Shown here in pieces: positions 11,934 to 23,168 of a stretch of DNA of 64,000 nucleotides. Numbering within the stretch: the first letter of the stretch is position 1; each line of letters starts with the position of its first letter. The stretch comes from Curvularia clavata. Taxonomy: Eukaryota. Below the pieces are notes generated by a model. That model did no database searches. It saw only the letters and a program-made list of their open reading frames with translations, and was not told the origin of the DNA. A program made the translations under genes and the position numbers. Location of the stretch: assembly GCA_023920165.1 (NCBI GenBank), contig CP089276.1:2852001-2916000 (forward strand), read 5' to 3'.

Positions 11934-13772
11934 ATGAACCCCTCCAATGGCTCTTCGCTGTCCACTTCCCAGACCAGCTCGACATTGCGGCCGAGAACGA
12001 AGCGGCTGATCTCAGTCGAAGATGACATTTATGCGACTGACGGCAGTGACAGTGGACCAAGTAGGGGCACCTCGAGACTAGGCTCGCGGAATGCATCTCC
12101 CGGTCCGCATGCACACACAGGAACCACCTCGTCCTCTCGTTTCAGTGTCACTTCAGCACCTTCATCTTCCTTTCAGCGCTCTTCTAGCGCACAGACTCCC
12201 AAATCGCCCTCGCAAGCATTGTCAGGGTTACTTGGAAACTCATGGTCGGCGATCCAGGGCATCGCAGCCACCGTCATGGCTACCGACAGTCCTGACAGTA
12301 CTCGCAAGAGAAAGCCTGCCCATGGACGCCGCACATCGACAAGTGCACCTCCGCCGAAGCACTGGGGCCCCGCAGGTGCCGGTTCGCATGTAGGCGCTGG
12401 AACACAGGAAGAGAGGGAGGCTATGGTCAGGGCATTGAAGCGCAAAGATCTTTTGACCGCCAGCGAACACTTGGTTCCAGACTCTGTTGGCCGCATAAAA
12501 CGCCGGAATTCAGACGAACGAGAAAGCGCCTCCGCACCTCCCGGCGACGACGACGATCGAGATGCACTCGTTTACATCCATCATGTCCGGCCACAGGACA
12601 CGCTGGCTGGGTTGAGTATAAAATACAATTGTGAGCAGGCTGTCCTGCGCAAAGCGAATCGTATGTGGCCAAATGATAGCATACAAATCAAGAAGGAGGT
12701 GGTGCTACCAGTAGATGCTTGTGGTGTCAAAGGACGACCAGTACAGGGGCCAGATGAGCTTCCTACGGAAGATTTATTGTTGGGAGAATATGCGGATAGT
12801 TCGAGCAGCAATCATGTCAATACGAACACACAGGGCCTCCCCAATGGCTGGAACATCCCGAAGAAAAAAGACCAAGAAACTACGACGGCGGCTTCGTCTG
12901 ATACAGAGCCACCATGGAAGCATGACTCTTGGGTGTTGCTTCCCAACGACAAGAAACCGACAGAGATTGCACGAATGCCACGCAGAGCATTAGGTTTCTT
13001 TCCACCTGCCCGAAGGAAGTCGCTTGCTTATTCGGATGCCTCAACACCTCGAGCATCTGTCGATGTCCCTCGCTCTTCCACATCCACAAACCCTCTTACG
13101 AGTTCTCCTCAATCTGTGAGACCTCGTGCATCCAGTAATCTCTCTTCGACTTCAGCGCACAGCCGACAAAGGAGTACATCAGGCAAAGCCTGGGCTTTGC
13201 AAGGCCCGGGGGGCGTGGGTACACTAGGCAGAAATGTGCGAAGCCCAGGACCTGCGCAAGACGGTTTAAACAAGAAGTTTGCTCAGTATTTACCAAACGT
13301 GGCGCCACCACCTGGCCAGGAATACTTTACGCCATGGGCGCCGAGTTTGCTAGATGCGGGTGCAGGAACGCCAAGTCAATACGGCGGCTCTGGTGCTGTG
13401 ACACCGCTTGGTGGTCCCAGTCTGGACTTTCAGGAATTAGGGGGTGCAATTGAGGGCTGGGTGAGGAAAGTGGGTACACAAGCCCAAAAGCTTTTGAACG
13501 AGCCTGGAACACCTGGGCAAGGCAAACGGTCTGCTGTTCCTGTTATTGGAACCGTTGGTGGTGACTTGGGTGATTTGATAGAACTACAAGACGACGCCTT
13601 TGAAATTAGCGATGAAGAACGCAACAGGGGCAGGTCACGGGCTGAAGAGACGCTTGCATCAACAGAACGCTCGACGTCTAGGTCTGCGAAACAGTATCAA
13701 TCTGCCAGACCGGATATCAATCTTATCCTTAGAGATAGGACACGCAAGAGTGCAGGAAGCAAGAAAGACTAA
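11934..13772 (+). CDS. Intracellular LysM-domain protein
   Basis: 612 aa ORF with a single LysM: YIHHVRPQDTLAGLSIKYNCEQAVLRKANRMWPNDSIQIKKEVVLP. No signal peptide; Ser-rich flanks. Confidence 0.85.
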   Translation: MNPSNGSSLSTSQTSSTLRPRTKRLISVEDDIYATDGSDSGPSRGTSRLGSRNASPGPHAHTGTTSSSRFSVTSAPSSSFQRSSSAQTPKSPSQALSGLLGNSWSAIQGIAATVMATDSPDSTRKRKPAHGRRTSTSAPPPKHWGPAGAGSHVGAGTQEEREAMVRALKRKDLLTASEHLVPDSVGRIKRRNSDERESASAPPGDDDDRDALVYIHHVRPQDTLAGLSIKYNCEQAVLRKANRMWPNDSIQIKKEVVLPVDACGVKGRPVQGPDELPTEDLLLGEYADSSSSNHVNTNTQGLPNGWNIPKKKDQETTTAASSDTEPPWKHDSWVLLPNDKKPTEIARMPRRALGFFPPARRKSLAYSDASTPRASVDVPRSSTSTNPLTSSPQSVRPRASSNLSSTSAHSRQRSTSGKAWALQGPGGVGTLGRNVRSPGPAQDGLNKKFAQYLPNVAPPPGQEYFTPWAPSLLDAGAGTPSQYGGSGAVTPLGGPSLDFQELGGAIEGWVRKVGTQAQKLLNEPGTPGQGKRSAVPVIGTVGGDLGDLIELQDDAFEISDEERNRGRSRAEETLASTERSTSRSAKQYQSARPDINLILRDRTRKSAGSKKD

Positions 13773-14143
13773 GCAGAAATCAAGCAGCTTTGGAGTTAGT
13801 ATCGGAGTTAATAACTGCATGCATACATGGTTTGATAAGTGGGGATATTGAAGCGTTCTTGCGTATTCGCAATACATTATTCGGTAACACCTTCATGTCA
13901 TATTGGATTGGTTATCAATGCAAACGTGTCACGAGTATCGTCTTCTCCAGAAGGAATATACACCTACCTGCCATGCCAGTCTTCAATTTGGTTGCCGAAC
14001 ACCGTGCGCCTCCACCGAACTCACGTATCCGTACCGGGACTAGATCAAGAACAGCCTACGCGCACCCGCTGTCCGCACACGCACATGTGATACTCAGCTT
14101 TTTCGCCCGCACTAACACATATTTGCGAACGTGGGTACCCTAG

Positions 14144-16359
14144 ATGTTGGTCAAAAGTGCATTAGGCAGGTCGCTTGTTGCGCTGCGGCATCGATCGGCA
14201 TATCAAGCCACTCCACCCCGACTTGCTGGATACGTGACTCTAGCAGCTGGTTGTCCCCGCCCTCGCACACTGCTTTTACCGCTGGTGTGCCCAGACTCCG
14301 CAAGACAACAAGCTCGCACCGATTCTAAGACAAGCCTTTTCTTGCCGATACTAAGAGCACACTTTGCTACGACGCAAGACTCCCCCGCCGCCACTATGGT
14401 GACAAAATCTACCTCGGATCCATCCCGTGTTGAGATTCGCACACCACGGGATCCCAACACACTCTCCAATTATCACAACTTTGTGACCAGACACACGAGT
14501 GTGGACTTTGATATTGACTTTGAGCGGAAGAGGCTGTTTGGTAGTGTGGTTCTCAAGCTAGAGTCTTTGACAGACGAAGATGTGAGGGAAGTTGTGCTGG
14601 ATTCGAGGTACGTTTGGAATATGGGAAGAGCAATCAAATTGAAACCCTCGTTGACCATCCTAGCTACCTAGACATCTCTGTTGTAGAGGTTGAGGGCAAG
14701 AGCGTCAAGTTCAACGTTGGCGACCGTCTGGAGCCCTACGGAAGTCCACTCTCCATCATTCTTCCATCTCAGGTACCAAAAGGCAAGACGATTGACATCG
14801 AAATCAAGGTCGCCACTACCGACAAGTGTACCGCGCTCCAATGGATGACGCCAGCTCAAACTTCCAACAAGAAGCACCCCTACATGTTTTCGCAATGCCA
14901 GGCGATCCACGCGCGATCTGTGTTCCCTTGTCAGGACACTCCAGACGTCAAATCCACCTTTAGCTTTGCTCTGCGTTCACCCCTGCCGGTCCTTGCTTCG
15001 GGCTTGCCAACCGGCGCAAGTGATTATCAGCCACCCAAGAAGGACGGCGAGAGTGGTACTATGAAGTACACGTTCGAGCAAAAGGTTCCAATGACCGTCT
15101 ACCTCTTCGCCATCGCCAGTGGCGATCTAGCATGCGCTAGCATCGGCCCTCGCAGCACCGTTTGGACTGGTCCTGAGGAGCTTCTCAAGTGCAAGGACGA
15201 GCTTGATGGAGAAATCGAGCCCTTTATGAAGGCACTCGAGTCGATTGTTTCGCCTGCTTACCAGTGGGGACAATATAATGTACTCATCTTGCCTCCTTCG
15301 TTCCCTTATGGTGGTATGGAAAACCCCGTTTGGACTTATGCCACACCTTCTATCATCTCGGGCGACAAACAAAATATTGATGTAATTGCCCACGAGCTGT
15401 CGCACTCTTGGTCCGGTAACCTCGTCAGCGCAGCCAGCTGGGAACACTTTTGGTTGAACGAGGGTTGGACTACGTATCTTGAGCGCAGAATTGCCGCTGC
15501 CCTCCATGGCGAAGAACATCGCCATTTCTCTGCCATTATTGGCTGGAAAGCGCTTGAACAAAGCATCGAGAACTACGGCGAAGACCACCCTTACACTAAG
15601 CTGGTTTTGGATCTCAAGGGCCAGGACCCGGATGATGCATTCTCTTCTATCCCCTACGAAAAGGGATTCCACGCCTTGTATCAATTCGAGCTACTGCTAG
15701 GAAAGGACAAGTGGGATTCGTTCATTCCTCACTACTTTGATACGTTCAAGTTCAAGAGCGTGGACAGCTACGACTTCAAGAGCTGCCTGCTAGAGTTCTT
15801 TGAAAAGGATGCAGAATGCAAAGCAAAGCTGGATAACTTCGACTGGGACAAGCTCTTCTACGCTCCCGGCTACCCGGTTAAGCCAGATTTCGACCAGACT
15901 TTGGCCAAGAGCTGCTACGAGTTGGCGGACAAGTGGGAGGCACGGGTTTCATCTTCATCCGACTCGAGCGACTTTAACCCCAAGGCGTCAGATATCGAAG
16001 GATGGACATCCAGCCAGTCCGTCGTCTTCCTTGAGCGCGTGCAATCCTTTGCAAGCAAGTTTTCATCTGAAAACGTCCACTTGCTCGGCGCAACATACGG
16101 CTACGACAAGACTCAGAACATTGAGGTGTCGTCTCGGTACCTTAACATCGGGCTCATGGCCAAGGCCAAGGAGACTTACCAGCCAGCTGCTGAGCTGTTG
16201 GGTCAAATCGGCCGCATGAAGTTTGTCAGGCCCATGTTTAGGTTGCTGAATGAGGCCGATCGCGATCTAGCGGTCAAGACCTTTGAGAAGAACAAGGACT
16301 TTTATCACCCAATTTGCAGACAGATGGTTGAGAAGGATTTGTTTGGTCAGGAAAAGTAG
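14144..16359 (+). CDS. LAP2: Leukotriene A4 hydrolase / leucyl aminopeptidase (peptidase M1)
   Basis: RDPNTLSNY N-terminus, YMFSQCQAIHARS, GGMEN, HELSHSW...WLNEG zinc motif and PYEKG. Intron 14608-14663. Alternative start at 14396. Confidence 0.95.
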
Positions 16360-16795
16360 ATAAGAATCCTGCAGTAAATAATAAATCTCGGTGCAATCTA
16401 AAGTTTGTCATACAATACATGGATGTTATGATTCAAAAGATTTTGTTTTTCATGAGAAGATTTATATCATGAACACGTCATCATCCGGTTGGATAGAACT
16501 TTTATTGAGATCCTTCATAACGCTCTCGTCTTTACACCCTCGGAACACCCCCCGAACAGCCCCAACCCTCGGTGGCACTACGCCGAGAAACCACAGCTCT
16601 CTCGAGTCGAGACCCCGCCGGAATACCCAAACCGGCACTTCCGATCCCCGCCTCCACAGGTTCCAAGTTCTTGCATTACCCACGAGTCCCCGTGGCGGTT
16701 GTTTAACCCCTCATTCATCCGGAGAGCAACCCATCATTACCCTGCGTAGCCCGCCATATAAAAGGCTTCATCCTGTGCCGGCGCGAAGTGAAAAA

Positions 16796-17212
16796 ATGGG
16801 ACCACCCAAGCGCGCGCTTTTCTCTCTCAATCTCGACACCGACGCCGACCACGTCTACCAAAGAGTGGAAGACCACAGTAAACCCGGGGACGAACGCGTA
16901 AAAGTACTCGAGACCAAAGGACCTACCAAGGGCCACACGGATCTGAGCTTCATCACCAGGCCATTTGAAAGCACAGTAAACCGCGCCGTTGAAGAAGTAA
17001 TCGACGGAACAGGAAAAAGAATTGTATCCAAAGAAGGCGAGATCACTTATTCGACGTCGAGTTCTTCACGTACCAAGGGACATCGTAGTGTGAGAAGACA
17101 CGAGGACGAAGACGAAGAAGAAGAGCAGAGAGAAGAAAGAAGTAATCTCAACGTTGTCAGTAAAAGCAAGAGGAAGGCTCTAGAAAATAAATACGATACA
17201 TCTGAGCTCTAA
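16796..17212 (+). other. 138-codon ORF directly upstream of rpiB (uORF or orphan gene)
   Basis: TATAAAA at about 16757, AAAAAATGG start at 16796, stop 59 nt before the rpiB ATG. No recognisable domain. Confidence 0.3.
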
Positions 17213-17271
17213 GCGCACCTTTATCTTCTAATTTAAAAGAGCAAAAGAGAAGGGGAAAAAAACGAGAGAAG

Positions 17272-17787
17272 ATGGCCGACCAACTCACACCGCTCCGCCT
17301 CGCCGTCGGCTGCGACGACGCCGGCGTAGGCTACAAAAACACAATCATCAAAGACTTGGAATCCGATCCACGTGTCGCCAGCGTCACTGACGTGGGCGTC
17401 CCTTCCTCCTCTGACAAAACCGCCTATCCACATGTCGCCGTGTCCGCTGCTCAACTCGTCGCGCAGGGAAAAGCCGACCGCGCCTTGCTCATCTGCGGTA
17501 CGGGTCTTGGTGTCGCCATTGCTGCGAACAAAGTTCCTGGGATCCGGGCTGTAACTGCGCACGACAGTTTCTCTGTCGAGCGAGCGATCCTGAGTAATGA
17601 TGCTCAAGTGCTGTGTATGGGCGAGCGCGTGGTGGGCATTGAGCTCGCGAGGAGGCTGGTCAAGGAGTGGTTGGGGTATAGATTTGATAAGGGGAGTGCG
17701 AGTGCGAAGAAAGTGGAGGCGATTATGGAGCATGAGAAAAAGAACTATGAGGAGTTGGTTAAGGATCAGGGAGGTGTGAGGTGTTGA
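17272..17787 (+). CDS. rpiB: Ribose-5-phosphate isomerase B (RpiB/LacA/LacB family)
   Basis: [38 protein letters not shown] and [15 protein letters not shown]. Confidence 0.93.
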   Translation: MADQLTPLRLAVGCDDAGVGYKNTIIKDLESDPRVASVTDVGVPSSSDKTAYPHVAVSAAQLVAQGKADRALLICGTGLGVAIAANKVPGIRAVTAHDSFSVERAILSNDAQVLCMGERVVGIELARRLVKEWLGYRFDKGSASAKKVEAIMEHEKKNYEELVKDQGGVRC

Positions 17788-17989
17788 CGTTGGTTTAAAT
17801 CGGATGGTAATTCCCTGTTTGAGAGAAATAGTAGGAGGTAATTGAAACCATGGGCCATGTGATTTATCCGACTTGTTTGGAGTGTTCAATTGTTTTCCTT
17901 CTCTCTTTCTTGAACATCTTTGCTTCCTGCTTTCTTCTTCTTAACAAACTCTGGGGTCTTACATCATAGAAGCAAGGCACTCCATCTCT

Positions 17990-18508
17990 TCACGACCCAA
18001 ACTCCCAAATATCCTTCCTGTACCCCTCCGTCAACTCCTCATCCTCGCCATACTTCTCCTGCCACTCCGTAAACCCTCCCCTCAGTACTAACACCTTCTG
18101 TTCCCTCTTCCCCTCGCCTTCTCCCTCCTTCGCCTTTTCCACCCCCTCCCCCTCCTCCTTCACCTCCCCCTCAGACACCACCTTAGTCCCTTGCAATCTC
18201 TCCTTCTCCCTCAGATACCTCAACGCAGCACTCGGTCCCCGCTGCTGACTCAACGCACAATGAAAAACAACCGTCTCCTTATCCTTCAGCGTCCGCAGCA
18301 GCTCGGGTAATTTGAAATCCAAATCGCTGCTGGGAACCCAAGTTGAGCCGCGGATATGGCCGCCAATGTGGTCGCTGTCGCGGACATCGATTATAGCGGT
18401 GTTGGAAGGGAGACTGCGCTTGGATTCGGAAGAGGAGGAGGGTGTGAAAGACGAGGCAAGCGTGTCGCGATCGATGTAGGCGAGGTCGGAGAGTGAGATA
18501 CTGGACAT
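17990..18508 (-). CDS. Cdc25-like rhodanese-fold phosphatase/arsenate reductase (Ych1/Ibp1/Acr2 family)
   Basis: IIDVRDSDHIGGHIRGS, HCALSQQRGP (HCX5R) and VLRGGFTEWQEKYG. Confidence 0.9.
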   Translation of the reverse strand: MSSISLSDLAYIDRDTLASSFTPSSSSESKRSLPSNTAIIDVRDSDHIGGHIRGSTWVPSSDLDFKLPELLRTLKDKETVVFHCALSQQRGPSAALRYLREKERLQGTKVVSEGEVKEEGEGVEKAKEGEGEGKREQKVLVLRGGFTEWQEKYGEDEELTEGYRKDIWEFGS

Positions 18509-18974
18509 GTTGGCGGTTGTGCAGCGAGTGGGGTAGAGGGAGCGTGGGAAGAGTGTTCGTAGGAGGGCCAGATTGCGTAGTGTTTAACGATAGAGACAGG
18601 AGGGGTGATTTAGTACACTTTTTTTTTCTGGGCGTGTAGGACGGGCGGGTGAGTTCCAAGGAAAGTGGTGGAAGGTGGGGTGTGGAGGGGCAACGGGACG
18701 CGTGGGAGATGCAGCGCGTCGGTTCGCTGGATAAGACACCTTTTATGCGGGATATCGCGACATAACGCCACGAGGCTTGGGCTTTGATACACTTGAATAC
18801 ATATGTTCCTCTAGGCTGGACATGCAAGACTATGAATTGGACACCCGTGTCAAACGTCGAACTAAGTACTACATCTACCAATCCATATCGAGAGTAATAT
18901 TTCAAAATTCAACCCCCATGCAATCAAAGGTATAATACACGTATATCACCACTCAGAACGCCATTGCCAAGACC

Positions 18975-21256
18975 TCAATCGTGCTTTGCGCCCCCAAAGT
19001 TGCCGTTACCAAGACCGCCCAGCAAGCCGTCCTTCTCACCTAGCTGAAAGTACGATCCCGTACTGCCAAACTGCCTTCTTCGCCTCGACTTGCCGAACAG
19101 CGTGACTGCTGTGAAGAAACCGACAAACAGGCCTAACGAAATGAAGGGGTGGTTGCCGATGAAGCGGCGAGTAGACAGGTATGTGCCCATGACACGGCCA
19201 GTCGTAGACTTGGGTGTGATCTTGGGAGGGTTGGCGGTGACCATTTTAATCGTTTCCAGAATGGCGGCGCGTGAAAGACGGATGGGCTCGCCGGAGATGG
19301 TTCTGTCCCAGTAGCGACGGTTCTGTTTGTAGTTAGTAAATGTGGTAGATTCATACCAGTAGGGTGGCTTACATCTTCATCATTGATAATGACACTCTCG
19401 CCATCTTTGACATCAACGCCATACGTAGTCTTGACCCAGCGGTCCCAGAAGATTCCGTCGACCCACGCAAAGCCAACCTGGGCACGCTCAATCTTATCCA
19501 GGTTGATACGAATGTTCTTTGCGTTTTGCAGAGCACGTTCATCATTCTTGTCCTGAGCTTCTTCGATGCGGAGCTGCTTGGCGTCACGGAGCTCTTGTCG
19601 AGAGAGCTGGAATGCAGTTTCCTGCTTGTCAATCCATTCAAGCGCGGCGCTCTTCAACTCGCGCTTAGCGAGAATGAACTCGTCAGAATGATCGCGGTTC
19701 AGTATTCCCAGAACGACAATCTTGCCCTCTGTAATCTCGCGGGCATTGAGGGCAGTCATCTCTGGGACAATTGGCAGCCAGACCGATTTCATCCAAGTAA
19801 GGACCTTCTTGACATCACGCATCTCAAACGGCGTCCGCGGCGGGTAGTATGTTGGCTTTCCCTCTCGTGCAACCATCAAGCGCGGCCAAGTGGAAATCTT
19901 GAAGCGCTCAAACATTTCCTTGTCGTCTGTCTTGACCAACTTTGCATGGCCAACCAAGCTGAGAGGAAGTCGCTCTAGGGCCTGGAAGTCCTCCGAGGTG
20001 GTCGCGTGATCGTAAAAGTACACGAAGATGACCTCTTCCTTCTCCTCCATCTTCTTGAACTCTTCAGCAGTGACATCTGGTACACCAGCACCAATGGCTG
20101 ACGCTTTTTCAGCATAGTCAAGCAAGTCGCCCAGCCCACGAAGACCGTGGTATTCAACACGCTCACCGCCACGGAAGAAGAGCATAGTCGGGTAGCCCCG
20201 AACATGCGCCTCTTTGCACAGCTTCTTTTCCGCGTCACAGTTGACTTCTCCGATGTTGAGTTTTCCCTGCATCTGGCGCGCAAGGTTCGCCCAGGTTGGA
20301 GCAAGCGCCTGGCAGTGGTGGCACCATGGGGCATAGAATTTGATAAACCAGGGTTCCAGTGTGCTTGTAACATGCTTCTCAAAGGTCTCTGCGGTAAGTG
20401 TCGTGACAGTTCCAGATGGGTTCGCGGTTGAGGCAGGTTTCGCAGGTTTCGCAGGTGACGGCTTCGGCTTGGACTCCTTTGTAGGAGTTGCTTTTGAGGT
20501 AGCACTTGCACTGGCACTTGCAGCCGCAACTGAGGGCTTCTTCTCCATCTTCTCCTCCTTGTCTTCGACCTTGCCTTTCTCCTTCTTCTCTCCTTTGGCA
20601 ACATCCTCGGGATCAGGACCAGTCTCGACAGAGGTAGCGCCAACCTTGGGTAGCTTGGGACCACCCTCCTTGCGGGTACCAGGCCGGATGGATTCCAAAA
20701 GCCCCTCGACCCATTCGCTGAACTCCTTCATTTCTTTGACACCTTTGTGTTTTTGCTTTTCTGTGCCATCCTGGATGTACATCAGGGTCGGGTAGCTCTC
20801 GATGTTACGTTTCTTGCAGAGATCAGCGTAGGCGACACAGTCGACCTTTGCAAACTTGAAGTCATAGTATCGGGTAAAGGTGTTGAGGGAATCGCCCTCT
20901 GGCTCCTCTGCGGACAGAAAGGGTTTCGAGGTGTAGTAGAATTCGTATGCGGTCTGGTAGATGGGCTTGAAGTACATGCAATGCCCGCAATAGGGCGAGA
21001 AGAACTCGACTATCCTGCAGCTCAGTCAGTACGATACGCATTATGCTCGTCCGTTCGCCATGGCTTACCAGTTACCCTTTTTCGTTTCTGAATCCAGTGT
21101 ATCTGGCGTCAACTCTATCATAGGCGGGACTTTCTCGCCATTGAACGTAGTGTCTGCCGCCTTCTCGTCCCAGGCATCGTCTTTGCTTGAAGCATCTGCA
21201 GCAAAAGTCGAAGCTACTGTCGCCAGCGACAGCAGGGAGTATAGTGCGAAGCGCAT
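18975..21256 (-). CDS. Membrane-anchored ER protein disulfide isomerase, Eps1-like (3 exons)
   Basis: Signal peptide MRFALYSLLSLATVASTFA. Thioredoxin sites PYCGHC and PWCHHC. C-terminal TM (FISLGLFVGFFTAVTLF) and tail ..GAKHD. Introns 21068-21015 and 19372-19323. Confidence 0.88.
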
Positions 21257-21620
21257 CGTGGTGGTGGCGAACAGAGTGCGCTGTAAAGGGAGGGCTCCTC
21301 AGTCCAAAGGAGAGGACACACTGCGCCTGCAGAGTGTGGCGGGCAACGTGGCGCTGTATACGCTGCAACAAGCAGGGAGTTCACCGTCTCCCCAGGGCGA
21401 TTGAGTGCGAGGTTAGTCACTGACGCACAATAGAAAAGTCAGTGTGTCTGTCAGCGCATAGTGCGTGTGGAATGTCTACATGTCCGCAACCAGGGATCGC
21501 CGCGCCCCGGCTCCACATGGCTTGGCAAGTTGCATCTTCGTCCTGACGGCATCAGCACCGCACCGCCAGCAAAGCTACCCATTGCGCCGCGCCCCCACTC
21601 GCAACACGTTCCCCGCAACC

Positions 21621-22476
21621 ATGAGGGCAGCCTTCCGCCTCCTCGCCAGCGTCAAGCCCGGCCAATTCCTCGAAGCCGGCACCCCGACGGGTCTGACGGG
21701 TCTGCTCACTCACCCATCGCCGCGCTCCACGCTGCTCTACCACTACAACTCCACGCTCGACAAGCTCAAGCAGCTGCCCGAGTCGTCCGTCTACCGCCAG
21801 TCCACTGAGGCCCTGACCAAGCACCGCCTGTCTATTGTCGAGCAATCCAAGCCCGCAGGATGGGACGAGTGGCAGGAGAGAATCAAGCTACAGGTTAGCG
21901 AGGACCCGGAGAACTACAAGGTTATGCACACATCCGGTGGACAGACTATTGTTCTCCCCTCGCCAGAGCACATCGATGAGCGATCAAAGGCCGCAGAGTG
22001 GGATGGCGAGGTTCCGCAGACCTTCCCAGAGGGCATTCGCTCGTCCAAGGAGCGCCTGCCCCACGCCAAGAAGATGAAGGGCGATGTCGACTATACGCCT
22101 GAGCGTGTCTTTACCGATGCAAAGTTTGAGCCGGAGCCTCAGTACACTGTTGAAGCGTATGTTTGAACCAATGGTTTGACCTGGGACATGGGGACAGGAA
22201 GCTGACGTCTGTGATTTTTATAGCATCTCGGATCTTGAGAACAGGATTGGCGCCGGTCTGATTGAAGAGGTGATTCAAGTTGCTGAGGGTGAGCACAAGC
22301 TTGTGGAGGTCATGGCTCAAGCCAAGGTGTAAGTTATTTTTCCTTTGGTTATTACTGTTATTAGGAGTCTTCTAGTACTAACAAGCCATAGCTGGGAGCC
22401 TCTTGAGGAGCAAGCACCAGAAGGCCAGTGGTCATACTTTGAACGCATGTCGCACACAAACACGCAGAAGCCATAG
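21621..22476 (+). CDS. NADH:ubiquinone oxidoreductase 29.9 kDa subunit (NDUFA5 family), 3 exons
   Basis: PTGLTGLLTHPSPRSTLLYHYNSTLDKLKQLPESSVYRQSTEALTKHRL; exon 2 ISDLENRIGAGLIEEVIQVAEGE; exon 3 WEPLEEQAPEGQWSYFER. Confidence 0.93.
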
Positions 22477-22679
22477 ATGATGATTTCGCAATAAAAGAAA
22501 AGAAAGTCACGGTTGTAAATAGTAGAGTGTGTATGAGAGCGTGAAAGTGAATGAGAGAAAGCCATAATGATTCCATCGTACCCATCATGACTCGTTGTTA
22601 TAATACAAATGACCAAACACCCAGATATAGCATAACTAAGACCATGAACCATACCCCACATTTTTGACTTTCCTTTTCC

Positions 22680-23168
22680 TTACTTTTCCTGATTTCCCGC
22701 TGCCTCTTTCAACGCCTCAGTGCGGATCTGGTTCCGCTTGACCAGGATCCTCAGCGTATTCTGGCGCTCAATCTCTGTCATGGTCTCCCAGTTTGCAATA
22801 CGTGATAGGGTACCGTCCTTGTTGACAACGAGGGGACCCAAGTGATCGAGCTTGACGGCCTGACCACCTACGTTGAGCTGAGTGGTACCGTTTGTGGAAG
22901 TGGATGGCTCTGGGAGCGGGAGGGGCTGTGATGACTTGGTTTCCTGGTCTTTTTCTTCGTGTTGTGATGCAGAAGTGTTTGTGTTGACATTTTTTTCTTG
23001 CTGGTTCGGCACAGAAGACATTGTGCGGGATTGCAGTTGAAATCGCGGTTGTGAAGTTGTGCGGATGTTGCTGGTAAATTTACTGTAATTGATGGTAGCG
23101 CTTGTTGGATGAAAAATTCCTGTTTGACGGACGCGCAGAATTTGGGAAAATTGTCTTGCTGGTATCAT
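22680..23168 (-). CDS. Conserved uncharacterised small protein, possibly mitochondrial
   Basis: ATG at 23168 gives an Arg/Ser/Thr-rich, acid-free N-terminus. Ordered C-terminal motif VKLDHLGPLVVNKDGTLSRIANWETMTEIERQNTLRILVKRN. Confidence 0.75.
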   Translation of the reverse strand: MIPARQFSQILRVRQTGIFHPTSATINYSKFTSNIRTTSQPRFQLQSRTMSSVPNQQEKNVNTNTSASQHEEKDQETKSSQPLPLPEPSTSTNGTTQLNVGGQAVKLDHLGPLVVNKDGTLSRIANWETMTEIERQNTLRILVKRNQIRTEALKEAAGNQEK

